Positions 46,714-60,600 of a DNA stretch of 64,000 nt are shown one piece after another; within the stretch, counting starts at the first letter, position 1; each line of letters begins with the position of its first letter. The stretch is from the NCBI GenBank assembly GCA_002269645.1, contig NIVC01003619.1:1-64000 (forward strand). The letters run 5' to 3'. The notes under the pieces are model-generated. The model was not told the DNA's origin. It worked only from the letters and a program-made list of their open reading frames with translations, and did not search any database. The DNA comes from Macrostomum lignano. Its lineage: Eukaryota. The position numbers were made by a program, and so were the translations under genes.

Positions 46714-49700
46714 ATGCCATCGAGCCGCGGCGTTGGCGCCCCCCGGGATCGCGCAGAGATGACGCGGAGGAGCAACTTGGTGCCGCTCTCAGGCTCGCAG
46801 TACCAGCAGCTGCTGCAGCGGCAGTCGACGGAGCAGCCGCAGCCGCCCCGTCTCGGCAAGGACGTCTTCGTGGTGTTCTGGGGCCGGCAGTTCGAGTTCC
46901 GGGTTACCGGGGAGCAGCCGGCGCCTTCGGGATCAGCTGGGCGCGGCGCGGGTTCGAATCCTCCAGAGAGACGCGAGACAAAGCGGCTGCCGCACCTGGC
47001 CTTCGCTCCGCCGCCGCTGGCACCGGCGGCCGCATCGGTGGATCCTGCGGCCGCTCTGCTGCGAAGGCGACGATGGGGGCGGCGACCGCGGCGCAGCACC
47101 GGCGGCTGGGGACCGCTCGAGGCCGACGAACAGCGCGCAGGCGACAGCGACGGCGGCGGAGCGGCCATCTTTGCGGCCACGGCAGCCAGGGATGGGCAGC
47201 AGCCGCAGCTGCCGCGGCTGCCGATGGTGCGGGCCCGCTCGCTGCCTACCGGCTCCGCGGCAGCTTCGTTCGCGTCCGACAGGGCCGTCACGGCTGCGTT
47301 TTCCACCTTGCGGAAGCTGCCGACACTCGCGACAGCGCAGGAGTCGCCGCAGCTGTCGCTGTGGAATGCCGTTCGGCCCGTCAGGGAGCCGCAGGCGCCC
47401 GGCCCCCTCCAGGTTCCGCCGGGGCCGCAGCGAGCGGCAGCCTCTCAGCCACGCAGCCTTCCGGACTCACCGAAACCGGAAGCAAAGCAGCTGCAGCCAG
47501 GCAGTCTGCCGGAAGTTAAGCAGCCGGTGCAGGCGGAAAAGGTCGAGGCCGAAGGTCCTCCTGAGGAGGAAAAGCGACCAGCAAAATCGCCAAGTCCCCC
47601 GCCACCGCCGCCGCCACCGTCCCCGCCGCGAACGCCGCATCGCCGGTGCAGCGTTGACAGCGGGCTGGGCGGCACCGCCTCCGCCAGGCTGCTGCGGCGG
47701 CTGCTGCGGGGCTGCGACCTGCGCCGGCTGCCGCAGCTGCCAAGCAGAGTTGTGCGAATTTTCACCAGCTCAACTTTCACGGGTGAGTTAAGGCTGCGGG
47801 AGCCACGGGAACTCACATAAGAGTTGGGCACTCAGTCAGAGTTGGGCACTCAGTCAGAGTTGGGCACTCAGTCAGAGTTGGGCACTCAGTCAGAGTTGGG
47901 CACTCAGTCAGAGTTGGGCACTCAGTTAGAGTTGGGCACTCAGTCAGAGTTGGGCACTCAGTCAGAGTTGGGTACTCAGTCAGAGTTGGGCACTCAGTCA
48001 GAGTCAGGCACTCAGTCAGAGTCAGGCACTCAGTCAGAGTTGGGTACTCAGTCAGAGTTGGGCACTCAGTCAGAGTTGGGCACTCAGTCAGAGTTGGGTA
48101 CTCAAAATCCTCGCCGCCTCCCCAGACACTGCGGCGGAGCGCAACGCCCTGATGGAGCACACCTACCCGCGGCTGAAGGAGTTCTGCCGCGAGAAGCACG
48201 GCCTGGAGTTCCAGGTGGTCGACATGCGCTGGGGCGTCCGGGACGAGGCCACGGATGATCACATGACCGCGGAGCTCTGCCTGCGGGAGCTGCGGGCCTG
48301 CCAGCAGGTGAGCGTCGGTCCGAACTTCGTGGTGCTGCTGGGCCAGAAGTACGGCTACCGGCCGTTGCCAGCGCTGGTCGACGCCCGCGAGTTCGAGGCG
48401 ATCCTTGAGTTCCATCGGGCCCGCGACTCGCCCGAGGCGGTGGCGAGCCTCTCCCGTTGGTACCTGCGCGACGAGAACTCCGTGCCACCTGTCTACGTGC
48501 TGCAGCCCGTGTCCTCCGTGCTGGTGCACTTTGCCAGCAAGGTGGGTTGCACTTTTGGCTTGGGCTGGCGATTTTAAAGTATAACTATACTGTTGTGTGT
48601 CTGCGATCGTACAGGACTGTTTGTCCTTTGCGATCGTACAGGACTGTTTGTCCTTTGCGATCGTACAGGACTGTTTGTTTGCGATCGTACAGGACTGTTT
48701 GTTTGCGATCGTACAGGACTGTTTGTTTGCGATCGTACAGGACTGTTTGTCCTTTGCGATCGTACAGGACTGTTTGTTTGCGATCGTACAGGACTGTATG
48801 TTTGCGATCGTACAGGACTGTATGTTTGCGATCGTACAGGACTGTTTGTTTGCGATCGTACAGGACTGTTTGTCCTTTGCGATCGTACAGGACTGTTTGT
48901 TTGCGATCGTACAGGACTGTATGTTTGCGATCGTACAGGACTGTATGTTTGCGATCGTACAGGACTGTTTGTCCTTTGCGATCGTACAGGACTGTTTGTC
49001 CTTTGCAATCGTACATGACTGTTTGTCCTTTGCAATCGTACAGGACTGTTTGTCCTTTGCAATCGTACAGGACTGTTTGTCCTTTGCAATCGTACATGAC
49101 TGTTTGTCCTTTGCAATCGTACAGGACTGTTTGTCCTTTGCAATCGTACAGGACTGTTTGTTTGTTCTCTGCGATCGTTGGGCGAATTCATCGATGAAGA
49201 GTCAACAACTTTGAGCCCTGAGTAAACCAAAAGTGCTCTTTGACTGCCAAATCAACCTCCACTTTACATACAGGGCTTTCAGCGGCTGATGGAGGCGCAC
49301 CAGAACGAGTGGTGGGCCACCATGGCGTACCTGCAGCGCCTGCTGAGGTCGGCAGCCGACGCTCTGTGCCGCGACGGCGTCTTCAGCCAGGAGCAGCGGC
49401 ACAACTTCTTCATGTCGGGTGAGCTGAGCCAGAGCACCTGGGTTTGACTTGACGCTTTTCCACACACTTTTCTTGCATGGAAATCAACCCCCAAGTCACC
49501 AAGGTCAGCGGAATGACAATAAGTACTTGACCTTTCGCTAGTTGACTTTAACGTTGGTTTGACGTAGTGCATACCAGCTTCTGAAGCTGCCTACATTAAT
49601 TACTGTACACAAAATCTGGCTTCTAGCCGTCAACTGTTGATTGACTCTAGGGGGCTGTGAAGCTCTATTTGTCCTCTTCCAGCGACAGCTGATCCCTGAG

Positions 49701-52700
49701 CACACGCTCGAACAAAGTGTAGCTACACAGTCTAAGTACCCTATGGGTTGGCCCTCGCGAGCCAGACAAAGATCTGTGAGCAAACCAAAGCACTGTGTTG
49801 AAGCCGACTGTCGAGTTCGAACTTTCCCAACCGCTTGAACCTGCGCAGTGACGGAGCGCGAGAACCTGCATGGCATCCTCACGGCCAAGAACTGCCACCT
49901 GCACTGCCTGGCCTTCATCCGCCACCTGGAGGGCATCAACCTCGCCAACGCGGCCGCCGCACGAGGCTTCATCGACATGGCGGCCGGCGGGGACGGCGTT
50001 GATGAGGAGGCGCAGCTGCTGATGCAGCGCCTGCGGGACCGCAGCATCCCCGCCTGCCTGCCAGCGGCGGCCATCGCCGAATTCCGGCAGCCCTGGATCG
50101 ACCCGGCCGGGATCTGCGAGGCCACCCACTCAGGTTTGGCTGGCAGCTGGGACTCGAGGTTTTGCTAATTTCTAAGCGAGTTTGGGTGACCACCTTTCCT
50201 GTCAGGAACGAAACAAAAGCCGGATTTTCGAACTTTCACATCCCTGAACTTTCATGCCTCCGAAATTTCATATTCCTGAACTTTCACACTTTCGAACTTT
50301 CACATCCCTGAACTTTCGCATCCCTGAACTTTCACGCCTCCGAAATTTCACATCCGGAACGCTCATGTCACCAAAATCGCACCTTTCATTGAATCTTTAA
50401 TTGCGTGTTTTCACGGGTGAGGTCCTGGCTCAGCGGTTAAGACCAGCTGTCGAAGTGCCACATTTTATTCTATGGAAGCTGAGCAGCCCCCTTAATGGGT
50501 CTCCGCATCAACCTCTGTTCCCGCAGAGTACATCGGAGAATTTTGCGAGTCCTTCTACCAGCGGACAGCTCAGCTCATCGATTTGGGAGCAGAGCGGAAC
50601 AAATTGCCCAGCAACGATCCCACTCTGGCTGAGGTGCTGCACCACATGCACCTGTGCAACCGGCTCTGTCAGGTGAGACTGACACCGCACTTGTCCAGCA
50701 GAACCCTGAGCAGGCCTCTTAAGCCGAAATAATCCTGTGTACTCGTGCACAATTTTCAGAATTTCCATGGTCGCGAGGCCGAGCTGCGGGCCCTGGCCGC
50801 CTACTGCTCGGACGGTGGCAACCGCCGGCCGTTCCGCATCGAGGGCGACCCGGGCTGCGGCAAGACGGCCCTCATGGCGAGGGCCTGCGCTATGGTGAGC
50901 CAACTGGCTCTGCTTGGAGAGACTCAAACAGGACTCAAAGCATTTGCTCTCCGATTCAACTGTAGGCCCCCGACTGGCTGGCAGGGAGCGGCGGCAACGG
51001 CGAGCTCAGCGTCGTCCTGCGTTTCCTTGGCACCTCGCCGGCCAGCAGCTCCCTGCCCGGCCTGCTGGCCGGCCTCAACCGCCACCTCGGCCACCTGCTG
51101 GACGTACCGGAGGCAGCGGCAGCCTCAAACTCGGAGGAGCCGCTCCGGCTGGCGCAGCGATTCCGCCAGCTGTTGGACTCGGTCGGCCGCAGGCAGGGCC
51201 GGCCGCGGCTCCTCCTGCTGCTGCTGGACGGCCTCGAAGAGCTGTCGGAGGCGGAGGCAGCGCTCGCTTGGATGCCCGACCATCTGCCACCGGGCGTGAA
51301 GATCGTCGCCTCCGCCCTGGCCGGCGCGCCCGCCTGCCGCCACCCGCTGCCGGCCGCCAACCGCCTCTCGTTGGGGCCGCTGGGTGCCGACGCCGCGGCC
51401 CGCGCTCTGGACGGCTGGCTGGCTGCCGAGGGCCGCCGGCTGTCGGGGCCGGCGCAGCGGGCCGCCTTTCTGCAGGCCCTGCAGGCCAGCTCCGAGCCGC
51501 TGTTCGTCCGGCTGCTGCTCGGCGAAGCCCGGCGATTTCGCAGCTACGAGGCGGTGGCGGAGCTGCCGCTGGCCACCGAGGCCGCCATCGACCGGCTGCT
51601 GCAGTCGGTGGAGGCGCGGCACGGCCGGCTGCTGGTGTCCCGGGCCCTGTCGCTCATCACGGCCAGCCGGAGCGGCCTGTCCGAGGCCGAGCTGGAGGAC
51701 CTGCTGTCGCTTGACGACGAGGTGCTGAACGACGTGTTCCAATACCACCTGCCGCCGGTGAGCTTGGATCAGCTGTCTGCTTCATAGCTTTATCCACCTA
51801 CTTATAGTAATATAGCCGTATTCTACTTAGTACTTGTAGTTCCTTAGGAAGTCAGACAACAGCACATTATCTCTGCAGGTGCGTCGCCTGCCTCCTCTGC
51901 TGTGGTCACGAGTTCGCGCCGAGTTGCCTGGGCTGCTGACGGAGGCGGAGGCTGACGGCGCTTTGGTGCTGCGTTGGCATCACCGGCAGTTCAAGAGCGC
52001 CTGCGAGCGGCGCTACCTCCGCAACGTCAACTTCCTGGCGGATGTGCACGATGCACTGGCCAACTACTTCCTGGGCAGATGGGCTGGGGTATTGCATGGG
52101 GTATTGCATGGGATATTGCATGGGGTATTGCATGGGGTATTGCATGGGGTATTGCATGGGTTATTGCATGGGGTAATAGAAGAGACGGCTGAGATGCGAG
52201 GACCCAGACACAGTGCACGATAATTGGGCGAGAGGTTGTCGCACAATTCACACCCATGACGAGGGCCAACCCCCAATTCACAGAGTGTACATGACTGATG
52301 ATTAGAAAGTCAGTGCTGCTGTACACCCTGTGGGAGCCTGTGTATGAGTGCGTGCCTGTGTACAGTATTGACGCTTGTATGTGCGGGATTGCCTTAGCGC
52401 TAGTTGTGGGACAATGTCACCGAGACCCAATATTAATTTATATTTTAGTTTCCAGTGGCGCCCCCACTCCACAGGTGCCAAAGCCCTTCAGGCACTCGGA
52501 GCTGCAGTGCCAGCGGTTCGGCATCACCGCCGAGGCCGCAGAGTCCCGCAGCGACCGTCGGGTGGCGCCGCAGCCGCTGGAGCTGCGCGACTCGGCCGGG
52601 CGGCTCAGCCGCTACAACTTAAGGAAGCTGGGCCAGCTGCCTCATCACCTACTGCGGGCCAACAGGCAGGCCGAGCTCCGCTCTGAGTGCCTCTTCAACT

Positions 52701-55592
52701 ATGACTTCCTGCACGCCAAGGTGGCGGCCTGCCCGCTGCGACACCTGCTGGCGGACCTGCAGGAGGCCTTGGAGGCCACTGGGGGTGAGCCGAAATCACC
52801 GAGATGCCGGGTGTTGCTGCGTGCTAGCGGGGCCGATCGTACAGCATTCTGTCCGCGCAATTTCGCAGGCGAGGACCGCGAGCTACTGCTGCTGCGCGAG
52901 TGCCTGCGTCTCTCGGCCAGCGCCGTGTCCGGCCACCCGGACATGCTGGCCGCCCAGCTGATTGGCCGCCTGCTGCCCTTCACCGACCGGCACCCGGCGC
53001 TGCGCCGGCTGCTGCTGGACTGTCGGATGCGAAGCGTCGTGCACTGCGCCCTCGTGCCGGCGCACCAGTGGCTGCCCGCGCCCTGCGGCCCGCTCGAGCA
53101 TTCGCTGGAGGGCCATCAGTTCGCGCCCTGCGGCGTCGCCGTCAGCCCCGATGGCAGCCAGCTGGCCTCGCTGTCCAGCGCTCTGCTGCAGTGGGACCTG
53201 CGCTCTGGCGAGCTGCTGCGCCGCCTGCCCGTGCCGGGACTGCAGGGCCTCTGCGTTGCCATGCGCGCCTCGGGCGACAGGTTTGCACTTTTTGCACCTG
53301 ATGTGGGGCCTGTGGGCGGGGCTGGCCGAATGCCTCACGCCGTGACGCCGCTCCCACGCCAACTGCAGGTGCGCGGCGGCCACCAGCAACGGCCAGGCGG
53401 TGGTCGCCCGCTTCTCCGAGGGCCGCCTGCGCTGCTTGGAGACGCCGCTGGGCGCCGGCGAGCCACTGCTGGGGGTTGATGCAGCCAAGGACTGCTACGC
53501 GCTGTTCTCGGCCAGGCGGTGGGCGGTCCTGGACTGGGAGAGTGACCGGCGCCTGGCCGCCGGTGACCTGCGAAGCCTCGGCTGCGGCCCGGACGAGCAG
53601 CTGCTGCGGCTGCGCCTGCCAGCGGAGTCTGGCGGCCGCTGCGGCTTCATCGCCGTCTTCCGGGTCGGCGGCGGCCGGCAGCTGCGGCTGCGCGATGGCT
53701 TCGGACGGTGGCAGCGGCACCTGGACGTCGGCAGCTGCGCCGCCTTCTCCGAGGACCTGTTGAGAGCGTACGCGGCCACGCCCGGACACGGGCAGACCGT
53801 CCGGCTGCTGGAGCGGCCGGACGCGGACAGCGAGTTCAGCACCGCCTGCGAGCTGGACTGCCGCGACTGCCAGCAGCAGCAGCAGCCGCACAGTCTGCTC
53901 GTCAGCCCCTGCGGCGGCTTCCTGGCAGCGCTGTGGCCGACCGAGTTCGCCGTTTGGCACCTGCGGCAGGCGGAGAAACGGCGGGTCTGCGGCCGCCTGC
54001 CCGAAGGTTTGCGCTGCCTGCCCGGCCGGGACCCGACCCGCGCCTGCGCCGCCTTCAGCCCAGACCGGCGCCTTCTGCTGGCGCCAGTGCGCCACCTGCT
54101 GCTGGTCTTCTCCTGCGCCACCGGCGCCTGCATCAAGCGGCTGGATGGCCACTTCGGGCGCATCCTGGCGGTGGAGGCGGTGGCCGCCGGGAACCGGGCC
54201 GTCACCGCGGCCATGGACCGCACACTGAAGGTGTGGGATCTGGACGCCGTGACCGCGCGCCAGTTTCCGCTCCCGCGAGCCGACTACCCCATCGAGGCCG
54301 CGCGGGTCTCCCTCGACGGCGCCATCGCTCTGACCTGGGGGCGCGGTGGCGCCACCGTCTGGGACGTCTCGGCCGGCTGTCGCCTGCTGCACCGCCTGCC
54401 CTGCGCCGGAGCAGCGGCCGCGGCCGCCGGAGCCAGCGCTGCAGCCGTCCGCCTCGCGGCCCTCCGGCCGGACGGCTCGATCGCCGCGGTGGCGGAAGTC
54501 CGCCGGCTGGCCGTCTGGAGCTGCCGCGAGGGCCGCCTGCTGCTGGAGCTGCCCGTCAGCGAGCCGTCGGCGCTGGTCTTCAGCCCGGACGGCGGCCTTT
54601 TCGTCGTGGTGGACCGGCTCCGCCTGCGCTGCCTGTCCATGGCCGAGCCGCTTTGCTCGCAGCCCCTGTGGCAGGCGGATCTGCCACAGAAAGAGACACC
54701 GCTGGAGCCGAGCTTCTGGCCGGATGCCGTCGGCAGCGGCTGTCAGATGGCGCTGGCTCTGCTGCTGCCGCTGCTCGTGTCCGGTCAGCAGCTCGTCCTG
54801 CGGCTGCTGGAGCCCCGCACCGGCGCCATCTGTGAGACTGTCCGGCCGCGCCTGTCCGGTTTAGCTGGTCCGCAGTCGGTCGCTCGCCCACTGTCCGGCT
54901 GGCCGGGCTGCCTGGCCGTGTCGCTCGACGCCCGGCAGACGCTGGTTCTGGACTTCCGCACCGGCCGAGCTCTGCGCTCCTTCCCCGACTGGGACGGCAT
55001 CGCCACTTTGGACGGCCATCGCGGACTGGCGGCACCTGCGGCCGGCGGCCTTCGCCTGCTGGAACTTCGCCGGCCAGCGGGAGACCCGCCCGCTTGGCTG
55101 CTGCGCCGCTCACCCGCTGACGGCGTCGGCAGCGTCGGCATCTCGGCGTTGACTCCGGACGGTGGACACGCGCTGCACTATCGGGCGGCGCGCGGCAGCC
55201 TGCGGCTTGTGCGGCTCGCCGACTGCGCCCTGCTGGCCGAGTTCCGACTGCCCGCTGAGCTGATGGCGCTCGCCTGCCTGGCCGACTCCAGCGGCGCGCT
55301 GTGCGGCTGCGCGGACGGCTCGCTCACGCTTCTCCTGCTGTCGTCTCGGGATAACAGCTTGCCTGATGCGGCTGGTGAGGCCGAGACCCACGGAAATTCG
55401 GTTGCAGCAGACCAGTCCAATGTGGAAGAGCAGCTCGGTGCGCCGGCTGCGCTCTTCTTGGGTGCCGCACTGCGCGCTGTCTGGTTTGCCTGCCGCTTGC
55501 GCTGCTGGAGAGTAGGGTGGCGCAGCAAACCTCAGTTTCCAGATGTTTTTAATCAGGAAATAAGAGACGAAAACGTGACAGCGATTATGTGA
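46714..55592 (+). CDS. DUF4062-NACHT-WD40 protein (NWD1/NWD2-like), ~2050 aa; exons 46714-47782, 48126-48541, 49274-49418, 49849-50133, 50527-50672, 50760-50894, 50966-51757, 51879-52088, 52475-52784, 52869-53280, 53369-55592
   Basis: RIFTSSTFTD..ERNAL...VDMRWGV (DUF4062), Walker A GDPGCGKT, Walker B LLLLDGLEE, GLSEAELEDLLSLDDEVL, YNLRKL..LP.HL and WD repeats (LDGHFGRI..., TAAMDRTLKVWD). Junctions are in phase; the true start is uncertain. Confidence 0.9.
47819..48104. repeat. 18-bp minisatellite (GAGTTGGGCACTCAGTCA)n, ~16 copies, in NWD intron 1
   Basis: Directly visible. Confidence 0.95.
48598..49175. repeat. 24/27-bp minisatellite (CGATCGTACAGGACTGTTTGT[CCT]TTG)n, ~22 copies, in NWD intron 2
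   Basis: Directly visible. Confidence 0.95.
52086..52177. repeat. 12-bp repeat (GGGGTATTGCAT), ~8 copies, starting at an NWD splice donor
   Basis: The first copy spans the exon/intron junction GGG|GTATTG at 52088/52089. Confidence 0.93.
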
Positions 55593-57676
55593 ACTTCTGA
55601 AGAGCATGTGACTATCGAAAAATCGATGTTTCTTAGTTTTAGAAACCTTTAACTTTATACTCGTACTGACTCGATAATCTAAAGTGCTGATATTCCAATA
55701 AGTCCCAATTTTTGCTTGAATGAATTGAAGAGATTGAGATAAGTCATGCATATGTAGACCAAGGCATTATTCACGAGTGCCGCGTCCTGTAACGTAATTT
55801 TCTTGTGGTCCTCAATTGATGCAATTGATGTATAGACCTTGCTGCTGACACAAGAATGTAAGAGTGAATTGGTTAGATGCAGATGCAATGTAAGGTTGCT
55901 TTATTGATTGAAGAGAAATGGCAGACAAAATGTGTAAGCATACGAGCGTATTACTTTGTGATAAATTAAATATACGTTTAACTTTTCAATTAGTAGACCT
56001 ACTGTCTGAGCAGTACTATACATATAAGGATGGCAAGGACCACTAGGAACACTTGAGTAGTCCTTGAGGGATGGATGAACTAATAGAGTACTCGTACAGG
56101 TGAAAGCAACTTTTATAGAGCATTAACTTACACTCTCAAGGGATAGGAACTTAATTTTGCTAGAGTTAATTTTTGTGCAGAAAATGTAGAGTGAAAAGAA
56201 AGCGGAGGAATGAAGAGTACAAGCTGATAAAATACTCGTAGTTTAAAGAAAAAATCAGGGAGTGATGGAACTAGATTAAATATATAAGATTGTTTTATAT
56301 TGGCAGCACATCAAATAATTGTCTCTGCTCATGAATCTCCTCGTAAATAGCTTCATTGATTTTTGTACAGCCATCCTTTTCAGTAAAAAACTCCGTGATT
56401 TAATCGTAATATAAAATAAAACAAGCGTTGCAGTATCAGTTTTATATATAAAAATAACTTAGAGGCAAAGGCATTAAAGAATGTCGCAAAAATAAAAAAA
56501 CAATTTTTTATCTGGACCTTTAGTATTTTCTTTTAGATAATGTAGTTTTCGATTTTCGTTATTGAAATTTGAATCCTTACCACAAGGTACAATATTCTAG
56601 ATAATTCCACGTTTAGTTCCTCATTTATCGTTCTTTGGATTTTCACGTAAGATTAATTGTTAGTGTCTAAAAGAAGCAATTAAATTATGAACATCAATTG
56701 AGTTAAATCGATTAAGTAGTGAGTAAGAAAAAAAATATTTGAAAGTAGAAATCTTGCTTCAGTACTATGTCTATGACATATTAAAAATGCTCCAAGTCTA
56801 TTTCTTTTGATTGATTTAAAATATGCTGCAACTAATTTTCTATAAAGTCGTACCATTAAGTTATAGTTGCGAAAGTTATTTTTCAAAAATGTTACAATTT
56901 TTTATTTGTTAGATGTCTTATAAAAATAATATCATCATGAATTATATATCTATGTTTGATTTATTAAGTTTTTAGTAATCCTATAAATTTGTTTCTTAAA
57001 TTTATTTAATTCACAAGCTGATAAAACATGCATCCCCTAATTTTCGGGCGTATACTACATGATCCAGTGTGTGGTGCTGATATTAGAATGCAATATCTAA
57101 AAAATAGGTCAATGGCTATTAACTAATTAAATTATTGATATGTTAGTTGTAAATTGCTTAGAAATAAAATCTTAAAGCCAGAGTATATTTTCTAAAACTA
57201 AATATATTCTTACATATATATATATATTTTTTACCAAGGATTTCAATTATATTTTTCTTTTAAAATATAAACTTAATGTATGTATAGCTTATAGCTTATA
57301 CATGTCAAAAAGTTTTGTAATTATATTTGCTTTATATCTAATCAATACATGTTATTTATTAAATTTTTATTTTAAAATTAAATTGTCTCTTTGGCAATAA
57401 AAGGATTAAAGACTTAAAATTTTATTTTGTTTAAAGGGATTAACTTGTTGAAATTAAGTAAACTAGCTTTCTAAAAATTTTGTTGTAAATATTTTATTTT
57501 ATAAAGTTTATAATGGTATTAGAAAACAAAGTATATAAGATTATTTAAATATTATAATATTTTTTATAAATTATTTATAAGAGAAAAGAAATTTAAATAC
57601 TTTAATGCACTTTTTTCTATTGATTCAACTTATCATGTAAAGTTAACAAAAAATACAATATTTCAGACAAATTTCA

Positions 57677-60600
57677 ATGGACAAACAATGTCAAGTAAGT
57701 AAAACTTGCTTGAGCTGCAAAAAACCAAATATTCCACCTTGGGGAAATTTTTGTGGCAAGTGTAAGTTGCAAGACAAGTTTCCAATCAGCTGCAATGTCT
57801 GTGGTGGTGGAGCAAAACTTAAAGCATGCAGCCATAGTCCAGCAGATTACTGGTTGAAAACATGTCAAATTGATGGCTGTATGGAGTCAATCAGCCTAGA
57901 TGATGTGATTTGTATTGCATGTGGTGCCGACTGCAAATTTAGTGTGATGTTACCAGTGGCTACTGGTACTAGTGCAATTCAACTTTCTTTGCCAGCATCT
58001 GCTGCTGGTGATGAAGCAGCAATGAGCAGCCAATCTGGCTCAAATATAAGCTCCAGCAAGCAAGACCCTAGCATGTTAGCTTTTGAGAAGACGTTGGATA
58101 TGGACTTATCGGCTGCCATAGTTGCTTCTGAGCAATCCGGTGGAATGAATGTACAGAAGACTCATACCACTATGAGTGATGCTGAGCAGACTCAGACCAT
58201 GAGCGATGCTGAAAAGACTCAAGCCACCGTGAGTTATGCCGAGAAGACTCAAGCCACCATGAGTGATGCCGAGAAGACTCAGACCATGAGTGATGCTGAG
58301 CAGACTCAGACCATGAGCGATGCTGAAAAGACTCAAGCCACCGTGAGTGATGCCGAGAAGACTCAAGCCACCATGAGTGATGCCGAGAAGACTCAAGCCA
58401 CCATGAGTGGTTCCGAGAAGACTCAAGCCACCATGAGTGGTTCCGAGAAGACTCAAGCCACCATGAGTGATTCCGAGAAGACTCAAGCCACCATGAGTGA
58501 TGCTGAGAAGACTCAAGCCACCATGAGTGATGCCGAGAAGACTCAGACCATGAGTGATGCTGAGCAGACTCAGACCATGAGCGATGCTGAAAAGACTCAA
58601 GCCACCGTGAGTGATGCCGAGAAGACTCAAGCCACCGTGAGTGATGCCGAGAAGACTCAAGCCACCCTGAGTGGTTCCGAGAAGACTCAAGCCACCATGA
58701 GTGATTCCGAGAAGACTCAAGCCACCATGAGTGATGCTGAGAAGACTCAAGCCACTATGAGTGATGCTGCGCAGACTCAAGCCACCATGAGTGATGCTGC
58801 GCAGACTCAAGCCACCATGAGTGATGCTGCGCAGACTCAAGCCACCGTGAGTGATGCCGAGAAGACTCAAGCCACCATGAGTGATGCTGCGCAGACTCAA
58901 GCCACCGTGAGTGATGCCGAGAAGACTCAAGCCACCATGAGTGATGCTGAGAAGACTCAAGCCACCATGAGTGATTCTGCGCAGACTCAAGCCACCATGA
59001 GTGATGCTGCGCAGACTCAAGCCACCATGAGTGATGCTGCGCATACTCAAGCCACCATGAGTGATGTTGAGAAGCTGAGCCATGCGCAGCTATCAAGAAA
59101 GGGAAGTAGCTCCCGTAGTCGAGACTCTCTCATGCAAACCTCGGAAACTGAAAATGATAGCAATCCGACTTCTTCCAAAAATAAGTGTTCAGAATCCAAG
59201 TGTCCTGAAGCTCCAACTCTTCCGGCAAGTGAGACCGGTGGCGAACCGAATTCTTCAGTCAATTGTGACCAACAAAGACGCTCTTATTCAAGTGTAGCTT
59301 CGTCAAAGCAGCCTTCTACTGAAAACTCGAGCACACGCGCTGCACCGCAGCGGCTTCTATATCAAGTCTACATAGACCAGTTAACTACCGCTGGCGAGGA
59401 GCTGATGCCTGTAAATTTTTGCTGCACTGCCTGGCAATCTGATCTTAGCCGTGGACACCTGGATCTTGTTTTGAATATAAATCACACCAGAGGTGTATCT
59501 GAAGTGCTCTGTAAAAACGTATTCAACACTGAACGAATTGATGATCAATTAAAAGTGGTTCATGCAGAGCTTCTGCTACCAAAAAATTCTGTTATCAATG
59601 GCCAAGTCAGCTACGTGTACACGCTTGCTACTTCACGGATGAACACTGGTCAGAGCAGCAGCGATTTGCTGGAAGTTTTACCTAGTGCATTGATACCGCC
59701 AAAGCGCACGGTCTTCAGCCTTGATTCAGAGACAGTAACTCAGCTCGATGGTCACCTGTGGTTTAAGCTCATACAAGAACGTCCATCATTTATTTCGACG
59801 TCGTTAGAGCATTGTATTAATTTTTGTTTTAATCGATTGGAGATACCCAGCTCGCGGTTGGATCTGTTCCAATGCCTGTTTAAGTCCTTGGACAGGCATA
59901 TTCGCCATGACAAGAATTCATCAAATCTGGTGAGAACTTGTGTTTAAAAGAATAAAATATCGATTTTTTTCAGAATTTTATATGTTCATCGAATGCATGT
60001 AGTTATCTAAACCTACCAGCCAGGATTCTTATCAGTAAGTTTGAGTAAGATTTCTTACAAATACCCTACTCATTTTTCCCTTTAGTTGTGTAAGAATTTG
60101 CTGTCTTCTATGCTATCAGCGACCGGTCAGCAGTCTCCATACCAACCGGTTTCCAAAGCCAAACCCCTTGAGCAGCAGTGGCAGCAGTGGACAAACAACC
60201 TGGAGCTACTACACTTCGCCGAAAAAGCAAAAGCTGCGCCATTTTTTCATGGCTCTTATAGCCTAAGGAGTGACGAAGTCTCTGCGTTGCTGGAGCGAAT
60301 CCTGCCGCCAGAAAAGCCATGCAGCTCGATGCTCTCTGGATTGACTATGGGTTCTAAGAAGTGAGTGAGAAATGAGAAGCTTTCAAGCTTTTTGATGCGC
60401 TCAAGTTCCTGAATACGAAACTTTAGCCACTCTGCTTGTCCTGATGACTGCTGCTGTCTTAATGTAAGTATAATACAGAGTCTTGATACATGTGTCTCTG
60501 CACTGATGAACATCTGATGTCAGACGATAAATGTTGAGTGCTGGCTCACTAGGCCAGAGCCAACCTCTCCTTTCCTCTCAACTCCTGAGTCGACTTCAGT

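Noticed and set aside
7282-48104. Regular arrays as possible CRISPR loci
   Set aside because: Units are head-to-tail with no unique spacers, there are no cas genes, and the context is eukaryotic.
53142-55528. Long antisense and alternative-frame ORFs over GC-rich exons (also at 46.5-47.8 kb and 50.9-51.7 kb)
   Set aside because: Expected shadow ORFs of very GC-rich coding sequence.
55375-55592. Extra intron near the NWD 3' end (G|GTGAGG at ~55375)
   Set aside because: The frame stays open to the stop at 55592; cannot be decided without transcripts.
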